From NCBI GenBank assembly GCA_001782165.1, contig MFNV01000002.1, positions 15,747 to 79,746 of the forward strand: a stretch of 64,000 nucleotides of DNA, read 5' to 3'. This DNA is from Candidatus Levybacteria bacterium RIFCSPHIGHO2_01_FULL_41_15. Lineage in GTDB: Bacteria; Patescibacteriota; Microgenomatia; Levybacterales; UBA12049. The position numbers were made by a program, and so were the translations under genes. The notes under the pieces were generated by a model. That model did not search any database. It was not told the origin of the DNA and was given only the letters and a program-made list of their open reading frames with translations. This document shows positions 1 through 9,836 of this stretch, one piece after another; position 1 is the first letter of the stretch, and every line of letters begins with the position of its first letter.

Positions 1-15
1 TGACAGTTTTCAAAG

Positions 16-98
16 TGGGCGAGGAGAGATTCGAACTCTCAAGACCTTGCGGTCAATAGTTTTTGAGACTATCGCGTATACCGTTCCGCCACCCGCCC
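16..98 (-). tRNA. tRNA-Leu(CAA)
   Basis: Reverse complement folds as a cloverleaf: GGGCGGG/CTCGCCC acceptor, ATAGT-CTCAAAA-ACTAT anticodon arm, long variable arm, TTCGAAT T-loop. Confidence 0.95.
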
Positions 99-107
99 CG
101 AAAAAAG

Positions 108-190
108 TCAAAACTCAAATTCAAAATTAAAAACAATTCAGCAATTTAGCAATTCGATTACTTTTGAGTTTTGACCTTTGAATTTTGAGC
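108..190. repeat. Inverted pair of degenerate heptamer arrays (TCAAAAY)n ... (TTTTGAR)n
   Basis: tcaaaactcaaattcaaaatt ... ttttgagttttgacctttgaattttgag. Confidence 0.8.
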
Positions 191-260
191 TTATATATTA
201 TATACTTTCCCTTATGATACATTCAACTCCGTTGCGTATCATGGTGAGGGAACTCGAACC

Positions 261-1262
261 ATGACACTTCAAGAAATTTATGATTTGGCAATTGGGATGG
301 GGATTAAGACAGATCCCAGAGGAGCAAATGGTGTTAAAAGATTTTTGGAAAGAACAAAAAAAGATTATGAGGAATTGCCCGCCAAGAAAAAGGAGTTTTT
401 CGATAGAGAATCTTTGAAGAATCCTTACTCCGATTCCCGAATTTTATACGGTGACCCTAGGACTCAAGTAAAAAAACTTATGGCAGGAATAGATGCCGGA
501 GTCGCAGAAGTTCTTCTTTTGGATCGCCTAAATCAACCACGATTAGATCGGGGTCAAAAAGGGCATCCTTCGACAGGCTCAGGACAAGGGGGATTTGATC
601 TTCTAATTTCCCATCATCCATCAGGCCATGCGCTTGCTTCTTTGCATGAAGTAATGGATATGCAGATAGATATGTTTGAGGAAGCAGGAGTCCCTGCAAA
701 TGTAGCACATGTACTTTTTCAAGAGAGAATGTCTCAGGTAAAAAGAAGGATAGATCCAAGGAATCATACGCAAGCAACAGATGCAGCAAGGCTGTTAAAT
801 GTTCCGTTTCTTGCCCTCCATACTATTTGGGATAATTTAGGACATCAGTTCATCAAAAAATACTTAGGAGGTAAGAAATTTACTACAGTAGGAGAATTAA
901 TGGATGAGATAAATAAAATTCCTGAATTTGTAGAAGCGACAAAAGGAAAAGCAGGACCAAGCCTTGTTTCGGGGTCTGAAAAAAATAGAACCGGGAAAAT
1001 CTTTGTTTCGTTTACAGGAGGAACAAATGCATCAAAGGAACTTTACGTTGAGTTAGCAAAAGCAGGAGTAGGAACCATTATTGAGATGCATGTGCCTGAA
1101 GACGTAGTTCAAGAGTTGAGGAAATTACATATAAATTTTATTAACACCGGGCATATGGCGTCGGATTCAATCGGAGCAAATATATTCTTGGATGAGCTAG
1201 AAAGAAGAGGAGTAAATGTAATTCCTTGCTCAGGGCTTATAAGAATAAAGAGAAAATCCTAA
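261..1262 (+). CDS. NIF3/NGG1p-interacting-factor family protein, with in-frame repeat insertion
   Basis: ISHHP, HTIWD and GHMASDSIG metal-binding motifs. Confidence 0.85.
   Translation: MTLQEIYDLAIGMGIKTDPRGANGVKRFLERTKKDYEELPAKKKEFFDRESLKNPYSDSRILYGDPRTQVKKLMAGIDAGVAEVLLLDRLNQPRLDRGQKGHPSTGSGQGGFDLLISHHPSGHALASLHEVMDMQIDMFEEAGVPANVAHVLFQERMSQVKRRIDPRNHTQATDAARLLNVPFLALHTIWDNLGHQFIKKYLGGKKFTTVGELMDEINKIPEFVEATKGKAGPSLVSGSEKNRTGKIFVSFTGGTNASKELYVELAKAGVGTIIEMHVPEDVVQELRKLHINFINTGHMASDSIGANIFLDELERRGVNVIPCSGLIRIKRKS
533..588 (+). repeat. Two palindromic mini-elements in frame inside the NIF3 gene
   Basis: caaccacgattagatcggggtcaa resembles 41396-41416; catccttcgacaggctcaggacaag resembles 63918-63942. 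Confidence 0.75.
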
Positions 1263-1382
1263 ATTCAAAATCCTAAGTTCCAAATAATATCTAAATTCAA
1301 ATAATCAAAATCCTAAACATTTGAAATTGGAATTTTGAATTTGTAATTTATTTAGAATTTGGAATTTTTAAATTAGAATTTA
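1254..1382. repeat. Inverted heptamer arrays (AAATYCH)n ... (DGRATTT)n
   Basis: aaatcctaaattcaaaatcctaagttccaaat ... tttagaatttggaatttttaaattagaatt fills the NIF3-efp spacer. Confidence 0.85.
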
Positions 1383-1388
1383 AATGTT

Positions 1389-1988
1389 ATGATTTCTGTT
1401 ACAGAACTTCGGGCCGGTATTGTTTTTGAAGAAAAAGGACAAATTTATCAAGTCCTTTCTTATGAACATATCAAAATGGGCCGGGGAAGCGCCAATATTA
1501 AAGTAAAAGTTAAAAATCTTCTCTCGGGCGCAACTATCAACAAAAGCTTTATAAGCGGCGCCCGTGTAAACAACATAGATCTTATTAAAAAAGATCTGCA
1601 ATTTTTATATAAAGACCCTTCAGCAAGGGCTTCGACTGAGCTCAGCCGAATGTCCTCAGGGCAAGGCTTGGCTTATTTTATGGACCCTGGTAATTTTGAG
1701 CAAGTTAGTATTTCTTTAAGCAAGCTCTCCGGCCACGAATTTTTAAAAGAAGGAGATAATTTCTCACTCAGCTTTTATAACAATGAACCTCTTTCCCTGA
1801 ATTTACCTTCCAAGATTAAGTTTAAAGTATTGGAAACAGGTCCGTCTGTTCGCGGAAATACAGCAACGAACGTTTTCAAGGACGCTATTTTGGAAAATGG
1901 AATAAAAACGAAAGTTCCCCTTTTTATTAAGACGGGGGATTCAATAAGTATCGATACCAAAACCGGAGCCTACACCGAGAAAGCCTAA
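1389..1988 (+). CDS. efp: Elongation factor P, with ~13 aa insertion
   Basis: HIKMGRGSA loop, VRGNTA, KVPLFI...IDT motifs. Confidence 0.96.
   Translation: MISVTELRAGIVFEEKGQIYQVLSYEHIKMGRGSANIKVKVKNLLSGATINKSFISGARVNNIDLIKKDLQFLYKDPSARASTELSRMSSGQGLAYFMDPGNFEQVSISLSKLSGHEFLKEGDNFSLSFYNNEPLSLNLPSKIKFKVLETGPSVRGNTATNVFKDAILENGIKTKVPLFIKTGDSISIDTKTGAYTEKA
1616..1665 (+). repeat. Nested palindromic element in frame in efp
   Basis: cccttc...ctcagggcaag outer element enclosing ttcgactgagctcagccgaa; translates PSARASTELSRMSSGQG. Confidence 0.8.
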
Positions 1989-1990
1989 TT

Positions 1991-3271
1991 ATGGAAGTTT
2001 TCAAAAAAACCTTAAGGGGCAATGATATTGTCCGCGTCCTTGCGATTCGCTCCTTTTCCTTCATGATGATCTCCGAATTTTTTTCCCAGCTTGCTTTTAA
2101 CATGCAGCATTTTGTTTTGATATTCGTTATATACGAGCTTACCTTATCAAATACAGCAGTTTCAGGAGTAATTCTTTCTTTTACAATACCGGCTATTCTC
2201 TTTTCGCTTATCGGTGGCGTGTATGTTGACAGATGGAACAAAAAAAGAGTCTTATTTATGACAAATTTGCTTCGCGGAGTTTTTCTTATACCCTTTTTTC
2301 TTGCGGATCTTCATGTCGGACTTATTTATGCTTTTACATTTTTAATCGCTGTTGCAACTCAATTTTTTATTCCCGCAGAAGGCGCAATTATTCCGAATTT
2401 GGTTTCAAGAAGCCTTCTTTTTCCTGCCAATGCTGTTTTTTCCTTCGGAATCTATATAACTACACTTCTTGGCTATATTCTCTCAGGGCCCGTCATTCTT
2501 CTTCTGGGAAAGACTAATACTTTTATTTTTCTGTCAGCGCTCTTTTTTATAAGCGCTTTCCTCATACTTCCTATGAGGATCCATAGGAACAGAAAGATAA
2601 CCTTCTTTAGATCAAATAAGGTTCCCTCGTTTGCCTCAGAAACTAGAGAAGTCCTTCTTTTTATAAGAAAAACCCGAAAAGTTATGTACGCCCTTATGAT
2701 GCTTACTATTGCACAGGCGGTTATCTTTATGTTTGCTGTTCTTGCTCCGGGATACGCAACAACTATTCTTAAAATTCAACTTGAAAGTCTGTCCTGGATT
2801 CTTATTGCCCCTGCTGCAGTAGGTATGGGGATTGGTGCTTTTATCTTAGGAAGTATCGGGAAAAGATTTAATAGAAGGTGGCTTTCAAGTCTGGGTTTTA
2901 TGATCGCAGGCGTTTCTTTTATTTTCTTCCCCTTTGTAAAAAATGCGGTATCGGACGGATTTATTAATAGCATATTAGGATTTTTTCCTTTTGAAATTAC
3001 CATGCTTCATATTGTGGTAGTCATGGCTTCTGTTATGGGTTTTGCTATTTCCCTGGTCTTTGTTCCTTCAAATACCACAATTCAACTTGAAACAAATGAA
3101 TCAATGAGAGGGAGAATCTATGGATTTTTAAATGCGCTGATTGGAGCCGTTTCTTTTCTTCCTGTAATTTTAGCGGGAGGACTTGCGGATCTTTTGGGAG
3201 TCGCCACAGTTATAATAGGATTTGGTATCATAATGCTTATCCTGGGTTTTATTTTCTGGGCATTTGACTGA
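1991..3271 (+). CDS. MFS transporter
   Basis: ~12 hydrophobic segments, GGVYVDRWNKKR motif A, MRGRIYG. Confidence 0.92.
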   Translation: MEVFKKTLRGNDIVRVLAIRSFSFMMISEFFSQLAFNMQHFVLIFVIYELTLSNTAVSGVILSFTIPAILFSLIGGVYVDRWNKKRVLFMTNLLRGVFLIPFFLADLHVGLIYAFTFLIAVATQFFIPAEGAIIPNLVSRSLLFPANAVFSFGIYITTLLGYILSGPVILLLGKTNTFIFLSALFFISAFLILPMRIHRNRKITFFRSNKVPSFASETREVLLFIRKTRKVMYALMMLTIAQAVIFMFAVLAPGYATTILKIQLESLSWILIAPAAVGMGIGAFILGSIGKRFNRRWLSSLGFMIAGVSFIFFPFVKNAVSDGFINSILGFFPFEITMLHIVVVMASVMGFAISLVFVPSNTTIQLETNESMRGRIYGFLNALIGAVSFLPVILAGGLADLLGVATVIIGFGIIMLILGFIFWAFD

Positions 3272-3273
3272 CT

Positions 3274-3969
3274 ATGAATTTTTTTCTAATTTTTATTGCA
3301 ATTTGCCTTTTTATAAGTTTATTTGTTATTTACTATCTTTCGCGTGATGATCTGATTTTTCTTAGAAAGGATCTTTCAACGGAAAAGATTTTTAACATAG
3401 CTTTTTTAGCTTTTTTTGCGGGGCTTTTTTTCTCAAGACTTTTCTATGCGGCTTTTTATTCTCTCAAAATGTTTACGAATCCTCTGGTGTTTTTTTTATT
3501 CCCTTATTTTCCCGGACTTGTATTTTCAGGCGGTATAGTCGGAGGATCTTTGTTTCTGGTCTTTTATTCCCGCCTTAAAAACCTTCCCCTAGGCAGGATT
3601 TTTGATTATTTTTCAATAAGCACACTCTGTTCTCTTCCCATAGGATACTTGGGATATTTCATTTTATCGGGGAAAACTCTTATGTCTTTTGTTCCCGTTT
3701 TCATTGTTTTAAGCTACGTTGTTCTTGTTTATGTTTTTTTTAAGTTTTTGTATAGGTATATTCAGAAGGGAGTCATAAAGGACGGAAGTGCGGGTCTTAT
3801 TTTTCTTGTCTTATTTTCCTCAGTTTCTCTTATTGCAAATATCTTTTTGAGTTTTAAGAATATGATTTTTTTGAAAGATCCAAATAATTTTCTCTTAAGT
3901 TTAACGCTGTTGGTTTCGCTCGTTTTGTTTATCAGGCAGGAGAGAATCATAAGGTTTGCGAGAAGATGA
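3274..3969 (+). CDS. Prolipoprotein diacylglyceryl transferase (Lgt)-like membrane protein
   Basis: FSRLFY, GLVFSGGIVGG, GRIFD pattern; divergent. Confidence 0.65.
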   Translation: MNFFLIFIAICLFISLFVIYYLSRDDLIFLRKDLSTEKIFNIAFLAFFAGLFFSRLFYAAFYSLKMFTNPLVFFLFPYFPGLVFSGGIVGGSLFLVFYSRLKNLPLGRIFDYFSISTLCSLPIGYLGYFILSGKTLMSFVPVFIVLSYVVLVYVFFKFLYRYIQKGVIKDGSAGLIFLVLFSSVSLIANIFLSFKNMIFLKDPNNFLLSLTLLVSLVLFIRQERIIRFARR

Positions 3970-4751
3970 ATATAAAAATAATCTATGAGGATGAGGATAT
4001 TTTGGTTATTGATAAACCCTCAGGAATTACAGTAAATAGGGCAGATACAGAAAAAGAGGAAACAATACAGGATTGGGCAGAACATTATCTTAAAATCACA
4101 AATCCCAAATTACAAACTCCAAGTAAATTACAAGATTCAAACAATAAAAAAAAATTGGAATTTGGTGCTTTGGATTTGGAATTTGCCATAAGGGCGGGGG
4201 TGGTGCATAGGCTGGATAAGGAAACTTCAGGGCTTTTGCTTATTGCAAAAAATCCGAAGTCTTTTTTGGCTCTTCAGAAACAATTTAAACAAAGGAAAGT
4301 TGAAAAAGTATACCTGGCTCTTGTTCATGGGGAAGTGAGGCCGGATAGAGGAGAGATAAATGTGCCGGTTGGAAGACTTCCTTACAACAGAACAAGATTC
4401 GGAATAGTCGTAGGAGGCAGAGACTCTGTAACAAGTTACAGAGTAATTTCCAATTTCCAATTTCCAATTTCCAATGAAAGATTCACACTTCTTGAACTCT
4501 ATCCCAAGACTGGGAGGACACATCAGATAAGAGTTCACCTAAAATACATTAATCATCCGGTTTTTTCGGATCCTCTCTATGCCGGCAGAAAAACAGCAAG
4601 AAAAGATCGCCAAATTCTCCCCCGTCTTTTTCTCCACGCTTCAAAAATCTCTTTTCAACATCCTAAAACAAACAAGATAATTTTTCTTGAAAGCCCGCTC
4701 CCACAGGAACTAGTTAATTTTTTATCGACTCCTTCCGAGGTGTCAATATAA
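3966..4751 (+). CDS. RluA-family pseudouridine synthase, with two repeat insertions
   Basis: VIDKPSG, HRLDKETSG, TGRTHQIRVH, LFLHA. Confidence 0.95.
   Translation: MNIKIIYEDEDILVIDKPSGITVNRADTEKEETIQDWAEHYLKITNPKLQTPSKLQDSNNKKKLEFGALDLEFAIRAGVVHRLDKETSGLLLIAKNPKSFLALQKQFKQRKVEKVYLALVHGEVRPDRGEINVPVGRLPYNRTRFGIVVGGRDSVTSYRVISNFQFPISNERFTLLELYPKTGRTHQIRVHLKYINHPVFSDPLYAGRKTARKDRQILPRLFLHASKISFQHPKTNKIIFLESPLPQELVNFLSTPSEVSI
4093..4185. repeat. Inverted heptamer array inserted in frame in the RluA gene
   Basis: aaatcacaaatcccaaattacaaact ... ttggaatttggtgctttggatttggaattt. Confidence 0.8.
4445..4475 (+). repeat. (AATTTCC)4 tandem heptamer in the RluA gene
   Basis: Four exact copies; peptide ISNFQFPISN. 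Confidence 0.95.
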
Positions 4752-4768
4752 ATCCACCTCCCAGGTGG
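4735..4768 (-). repeat. Solo copy of the REP that flanks the RAYT gene
   Basis: Reverse complement ccacctgggaggtggatttatattgacacctcgg vs ccacctgggaggtggattgctattgacacctagg at 19197. Confidence 0.85.
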
Positions 4769-4820
4769 GACTATTTAAGAGCAATTTGACTTTGAAGATA
4801 AAGATTTATATAATTCCGAA

Positions 4821-5060
4821 ATGAGTTGCGAACAATATCAAGAGGGGTTAGAAAGGCTACAGACCAAAGTCCTGCGGGAAGATTCAAGAGATTATGAAAT
4901 GGCCGGGGGTTTAGCCCGTCAACTAAGACGGGAATGTGATCAGGGAGCAGGAGACCGTTCCAACGGTCGTTTATTAGAGCATAAAGGATTGGCATACAGA
5001 TTCCTTAGTAGAAACGGAATACAAGTTAGTCCACCTGAAGCCCCCAGACTAAAAAGATAA
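4821..5060 (+). CDS. Hypothetical protein (79 aa)
   Basis: ATG ORF following a TTGACT..TATAAT-like promoter; no recognised motif. Confidence 0.55.
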   Translation: MSCEQYQEGLERLQTKVLREDSRDYEMAGGLARQLRRECDQGAGDRSNGRLLEHKGLAYRFLSRNGIQVSPPEAPRLKR

Positions 5061-5186
5061 AGGGTTGATTTTTAAAACCAGCTGTCTGGTGATTTAAAAA
5101 AGTTTTTTGAGTTGCTAAGCTCTTAAATACACTTCAAAGCTCAACTCCACTTGCCTTTTAGATACTTTTATATGATAATCTGCCAT

Positions 5187-5565
5187 ATGAAAAACGAAAG
5201 AGGGGGAATGGGGAACGAATCCTACATGAGGTATCCTAGAGAAAACCCTAGGAAGAGAGGTCATAGAGCAGAATTTAGGGTTGGCCTTGCTCTGAGTATT
5301 CTGATGGAGAGAGAACTAATTGCAGGTTTTACAACATTCTTTCGTGGATCAGAGCCAGATAAAGCAGGAAGAGATTTTTACCAACGAAGGTGATTCTTTT
5401 TATCTTCAGGTTAAATCTGGAAAAGCGAATATACGTAAATTTAAAAGAGCCCATCCCGACATCCCAATACTTATTCCCGATCTGGATGCGCCAAACGAAG
5501 AAATAGTAGAGAAAATTTTGAACATTTTAATTTCTAGGAACGAACATTCTGTAGTTGATTTTTAA
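5187..5565 (+). pseudogene. Frameshifted small PD-(D/E)xK-like nuclease
   Basis: Frame 1 ends GHRAEFRV...DKAGRDF and frame 2 continues TNEGDSFYLQVKS; break at gatttttacc (~5373-5382). Confidence 0.5.
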
Positions 5566-5622
5566 AGCCAGAAGCTGCTAGTATTTTTATATATTGTATT
5601 TTTGACAAAGTCGGTGATTTAG

Positions 5623-5757
5623 ATGGGACGATTTGGAGGATTTTATAAAGGAGAAAAGAAAAAGAAAAAGAAGGAATCTTCAAAATTCATTTCCGGCTTT
5701 TCGTCCTCTCCCACATTTGTTATGCCCGAAATAGTCTCCAAAAAGAAAAAGGACTAA
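5623..5757 (+). CDS. Small basic protein MGRFGGFYKGEKKKKKKE... (44 aa, not in ORF track)
   Basis: Hand translation; stop lies 3 nt before the next ATG. Confidence 0.55.
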   Translation: MGRFGGFYKGEKKKKKKESSKFISGFSSSPTFVMPEIVSKKKKD

Positions 5758-5760
5758 TAA

Positions 5761-6549
5761 ATGAGGAGAAAAAAGAATTCATCCCACAGAACTCTTCCTG
5801 CAATTATATTTTTTGCCCTAATAATAGGGGCAATTATTTTATCCTTTGTTTTTAAGGCTTTTTTAGTAATCAAAGACAGTAGGTTTGAAAGAGGAAGCAG
5901 ATTTACGGTTTTTATAACGGACCTGAAACAGGGAGAATTAATTTCATTTGTAAGAGAGAATCATTCTGTCTCAATTCTTAAAGTAAAAGGCGTGACAGGA
6001 AACCCTTACAGATATTTTGAGATTCCCATAGACGCAGGTATCCAAGTAAAGAATCTTGATTTGAATAAAACCGTATCCGAAATAACCTCTGACATCATTT
6101 TTAAAAAAACCACGAAAAAAAGTCTAAATCTTGTAGATCTTTTAAAAATGTTCTTATTTTCAAAAACCGTAAGTCCCCAAAATATCCTTGTCAGGGAAAT
6201 TTCCCCCAAGATAGACAAGTCATCACTTGAGAAAATTTTAAATCTTCTTTTCCAAGATTCTGAAATTACCTCGGAAAGGCCCACGATAGAAGTTGTAAAT
6301 GCGACACAGGAACAGGGAGTGGGGGAAAGACATGCCCGTCTTGTGACAAATATGGGCGGAAATGTTGTCCTTGTTTCAACAGGAGAAAGATCAAAAGAAT
6401 CAGGTATTTATTACGAAGGTAAAAAAAATTATACTATAGAAAAGCTTTCGGATGTGCTAAAATTTACTTTGAGAAAGAAGAAGGTCAGTAAAATTGCTGA
6501 CATAACTTTAGTAATAGGCGAGGATTACAAAATAAGTTCTCCTTATTAA
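5761..6549 (+). CDS. Membrane-anchored protein with LytR C-terminal domain
   Basis: N-terminal TM; IEVVNAT...G...A and DITLVIGED motifs. Confidence 0.75.
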   Translation: MRRKKNSSHRTLPAIIFFALIIGAIILSFVFKAFLVIKDSRFERGSRFTVFITDLKQGELISFVRENHSVSILKVKGVTGNPYRYFEIPIDAGIQVKNLDLNKTVSEITSDIIFKKTTKKSLNLVDLLKMFLFSKTVSPQNILVREISPKIDKSSLEKILNLLFQDSEITSERPTIEVVNATQEQGVGERHARLVTNMGGNVVLVSTGERSKESGIYYEGKKNYTIEKLSDVLKFTLRKKKVSKIADITLVIGEDYKISSPY

Positions 6550-6551
6550 GG

Positions 6552-6719
6552 ATGTTTTTTTGGGTTTTAATAATTATTTTTATACTCTCATTGATCTGGG
6601 CGATTTTTTCATTAAGATCCCAAACAGGTAAAAGGGAGATCAAAAAAGCGGCGGAGGATCTTAAGAAAGGAAGAATAGTGTTCTTAAGTGATCATTCGTC
6701 TTCGAATGAACCATCCTGA
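6552..6719 (+). CDS. Small single-TM protein MFFWVLIIIF... (55 aa, not in ORF track)
   Basis: Hand translation; starts 2 nt after the previous stop. Confidence 0.5.
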   Translation: MFFWVLIIIFILSLIWAIFSLRSQTGKREIKKAAEDLKKGRIVFLSDHSSSNEPS

Positions 6720-7372
6720 TCCTTAAATTTCTTTTCAAAATCCTTTTCAAAACTAAGAGATTTATCAAGCGAGCTTACGAATGAGGGTTGGTCTTTAAGC
6801 TTTGCCGCACGTTTTACCTCTTTTATAAAAATTATCACATGTTTTTCAAAGGAAGATTTAACATAGGCTTCATATTTATTCCCTGCCTTTGTAAATTTTA
6901 TAAGCCTTTTTCCAATATTGTCGGGAAGAACTCCTATATATTTTTTCTCCTCGGTAAGTATAAAAATTTTTGATCTTTTCACAACAAGCTCTAGAAGCTG
7001 TCCAGTTCTTAAGTTATTGATAACAAAAGGCTGAGCAACATTTACCAGCTCAACTACTTTAGTTTTACCTTGCTCTTCTATGAAAGTATTTTTTATTTGT
7101 GAGGTAAAGATGGGGGAGACGGAAAGTTTTCCGTCTCCTAATTTCTTAAGATTCCGGAGCGCAAGAGGATTTAAGGAGTCAATTTTAAGGACCTTTTTAT
7201 AGGTAAGACGTGCATCTTTTGTCTTCCCCATAGTGCTTAACGCAAATGCAAGCCGGTTTAGAGCATCAATATCTTGGGGGTCTTGTTTTATAAGAACCTT
7301 ATTGATTTCGATAGCTTTCTGCCAGTTTCCAGAGAGTGCCGTATGAATTGCTTGAGTTTTAAGAGATGCCAT
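6692..7372 (-). CDS. TPR-containing protein
   Basis: AIEINKVLIKQDPQDIDALNRLAFA TPR pattern; start moved to MASLK. Confidence 0.75.
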   Translation of the reverse strand: MASLKTQAIHTALSGNWQKAIEINKVLIKQDPQDIDALNRLAFALSTMGKTKDARLTYKKVLKIDSLNPLALRNLKKLGDGKLSVSPIFTSQIKNTFIEEQGKTKVVELVNVAQPFVINNLRTGQLLELVVKRSKIFILTEEKKYIGVLPDNIGKRLIKFTKAGNKYEAYVKSSFEKHVIIFIKEVKRAAKLKDQPSFVSSLDKSLSFEKDFEKKFKDQDGSFEDE

Positions 7373-7480
7373 CGAAAAAGGTTTAAAATATGACGAAAAG
7401 TTTACTATTGTTTTTTGCAAATGTCAAGATAGAAATATTATAATAATAGCTACTAGCAACTAGTGACTAGTAACTAGTTT

Positions 7481-8203
7481 ATGAGCGGACATTCTAAATG
7501 GTCTCAGATTAAAAGACAGAAAGAAAAAACCGATATAAAAAGAGGACTTACTTTTACCAAACTTGCTAATGCAATTACAATTGCAGTGAGGCAGGGTGGG
7601 GAAATAACGGATCCTTCTCAAAACTTCAGACTCAGACTTGCTATTGATATGGCAAGAGCCTCAAATATGCCAAAAGTGAATATTGATAGGGCAATCCAGA
7701 GGGGAGTTAAAAAGGGGGAAGGGGACATACAGGAAGTTGTCTATGAGGGTTTTGCTCCGGGAGGGGTTTTGTTAATAATAGAGGCTGCGACAGATAATCC
7801 CCAAAGGACAATCTCGGAAATAAAAAGTATTTTTAATAAAGCTGGTGCAAGCTTCGGCCAGCCAGGATCTGTTTCTTATCAATTTGCGCAAATGGGACAG
7901 ATAGTAATTAATAAAAATGGAAAATCGTTTGAGGAGATTTTTGAAATGGCCTTAGATCTTGGAGCAGAGGATATAGGGGAGACAGAGAAAAAAGTTATTG
8001 TTTATACAAAAGTTGAGGATTTATCAAGAGTAAGGGATAATCTCTTGGAAAAAAAATTAAACGTAGAAGATGCGCGTCTCATAAGAAAGCCTAATGTTCA
8101 AGTTGAGGTTGGAGGAGAACAATTAGGTAAGATAAAAAATTTCCTAGAAACAATAAATAGCTTAGATGATGTACAAAAAGTTTATTCTAATTTAAAACAA
8201 TAG
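7481..8203 (+). CDS. yebC: YebC/PmpR family protein
   Basis: MSGHSKWSQIKRQK, YEGFAPGG, LDDVQKVYSN. Confidence 0.95.
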   Translation: MSGHSKWSQIKRQKEKTDIKRGLTFTKLANAITIAVRQGGEITDPSQNFRLRLAIDMARASNMPKVNIDRAIQRGVKKGEGDIQEVVYEGFAPGGVLLIIEAATDNPQRTISEIKSIFNKAGASFGQPGSVSYQFAQMGQIVINKNGKSFEEIFEMALDLGAEDIGETEKKVIVYTKVEDLSRVRDNLLEKKLNVEDARLIRKPNVQVEVGGEQLGKIKNFLETINSLDDVQKVYSNLKQ

Positions 8204-8204
8204 C

Positions 8205-9032
8205 ATGAATTTTAGAAGAAAAGCGAGAATGAAAGGGAATAGAGTGGTAAAGACGCTTGTCAAGCTTACCAAAAGAGAGAAATTTATATTCTCTGTAATA
8301 ATCCTTTCCGTAGGTCTCTTTATTGCCGAACATCTTTTGGGGAAATCGGGAATTTATACGGTTTTTACTCTGGCAGTATTTGCTGACATCTTCTTATTTA
8401 TAGCTTTATATAATGACCTTAAAGAAAATTTTTACTGGCAAGTTTTTATTCTCCCCTTTTTCTTTAGTCTCGCATTTGGTCTTTTCTTCTTTCTTGCCCC
8501 CGCGCGGTATTTAACCCGAATCTTCACGACGTCTCTTTATGCTATTGGTCTTTATTCTCTATATCTTAGTCAAAATATTTTCACTGTTTCATCTATCAGG
8601 ACCATTGCTCTTTTATCATCTGCTCGAACCGTTTCTTTTGTAATAACTATAGTTTCTTATTTCTTCTTATCTAATGTACTTTTTTCCCTTCATCTTAATT
8701 TTTTCCCTTTTATTTCATCCCTTTTTCTTTATACGTTTCCTCTTGTTATCTATTCTGTCTGGATTCATACTCTTGAAAAAAACTTGAACTTAAATCTTCA
8801 CTGGTCCCTGCTTTTAACGCTTCTTTTTCTTGAGGTTGGCGGTATGCTTTGGTTATGGCCAAGCACACCGACTGTTCTTGCTATTTTTTTGACCGGGGTT
8901 TTTTATACTGTAGTAGGTCTTTCTCAAGTTTGGATTGACAGAAGACTGTTTAAGAGTATCATGTGGGAATATATTTGGGTTGCCTGCGTAGTGCTAGTAA
9001 CTTTATTAATTTTTACTTCGTGGCGCGGCTAA
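8205..9032 (+). CDS. Multi-pass membrane protein
   Basis: 8-9 hydrophobic segments. Confidence 0.8.
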   Translation: MNFRRKARMKGNRVVKTLVKLTKREKFIFSVIILSVGLFIAEHLLGKSGIYTVFTLAVFADIFLFIALYNDLKENFYWQVFILPFFFSLAFGLFFFLAPARYLTRIFTTSLYAIGLYSLYLSQNIFTVSSIRTIALLSSARTVSFVITIVSYFFLSNVLFSLHLNFFPFISSLFLYTFPLVIYSVWIHTLEKNLNLNLHWSLLLTLLFLEVGGMLWLWPSTPTVLAIFLTGVFYTVVGLSQVWIDRRLFKSIMWEYIWVACVVLVTLLIFTSWRG

Positions 9033-9613
9033 ATCCAGTATGACTTTTGAAAAAAAGTGGTGCTGGATAAATTTTTACCCCCTAAGACTGGGGAAGAGGG
9101 GAGAAGGTCAACCTCATGGAGGCCCCCAAAGCGTCCCATAATATGATGATACAGTTTGATGCAGATTAAATTATAGGATATTTTTTTCCGAAAATTATTT
9201 GTCAGATTTTGTTTTCATGCTAAACCGATATAAGTTTTCACAGTTTTACCTAGCGATTCTCTTTTTTTGTGTGTTTCTTGCAATAGATTTCAACCCAAAG
9301 GCAAATGAAAAAAAGTCGAACGGCTCCTTCTTTACTCTCTTATGGTGAATAAATAATGTTTGCCAAAACGCACAAATTTGAGGCTGAAAATTGATATTTA
9401 GCTTGATTTTGCAATCTAAATAAGACTCCTATACGAAGACAGGGAGTGAGGAAGATTTTTAAATTAAAATAGAAAGTAAGAGATAAAAGACAAAAACAGT
9501 TCTCTGTGGGAGGAGTACGTACCTTTCTTGTTCTATCTCCCTTTTTTTAGTTCCTCCATAAATAGTTTTTCAGAAAATGGCGAGTAAGGCATGCCGGGAA
9601 GCGAGAACTGATT

Positions 9614-9641
9614 ATGTCGTACAATAATACTTTTACGACGT
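9614..9641. other. dif-like Xer recombination site (11-6-11)
   Basis: ATGTCGTACAA-TAATAC-TTTTACGACGT, arms 9/11 inverted match, in an 800 bp gene-free spacer 2.6 kb from the Xer gene. Confidence 0.6.
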
Positions 9642-9836
9642 CTCTCGTGCTTGCTTCTTGGGGGAAGTGGCTTAAACCAGATAAAAAATCAAAGGTTAAA
9701 TATTAAAAATTGTAATATCCTATTGTCCATCCTCTATTTTATATTTACTATTTAATATTTGATATTCCTGTGCGCTCCCCTACTATAGGATTCACCTAGG
9801 AAATTTTTTCTTGACTTTTTTTGTTTAATTGTTAAA

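Noticed and set aside
9131-9158. Second dif-like site GCGTCCCATAA-TATATG-ATGATACAGTT
   Set aside because: Only the left arm resembles a Xer arm; the right arm is neither complementary nor consensus-like.
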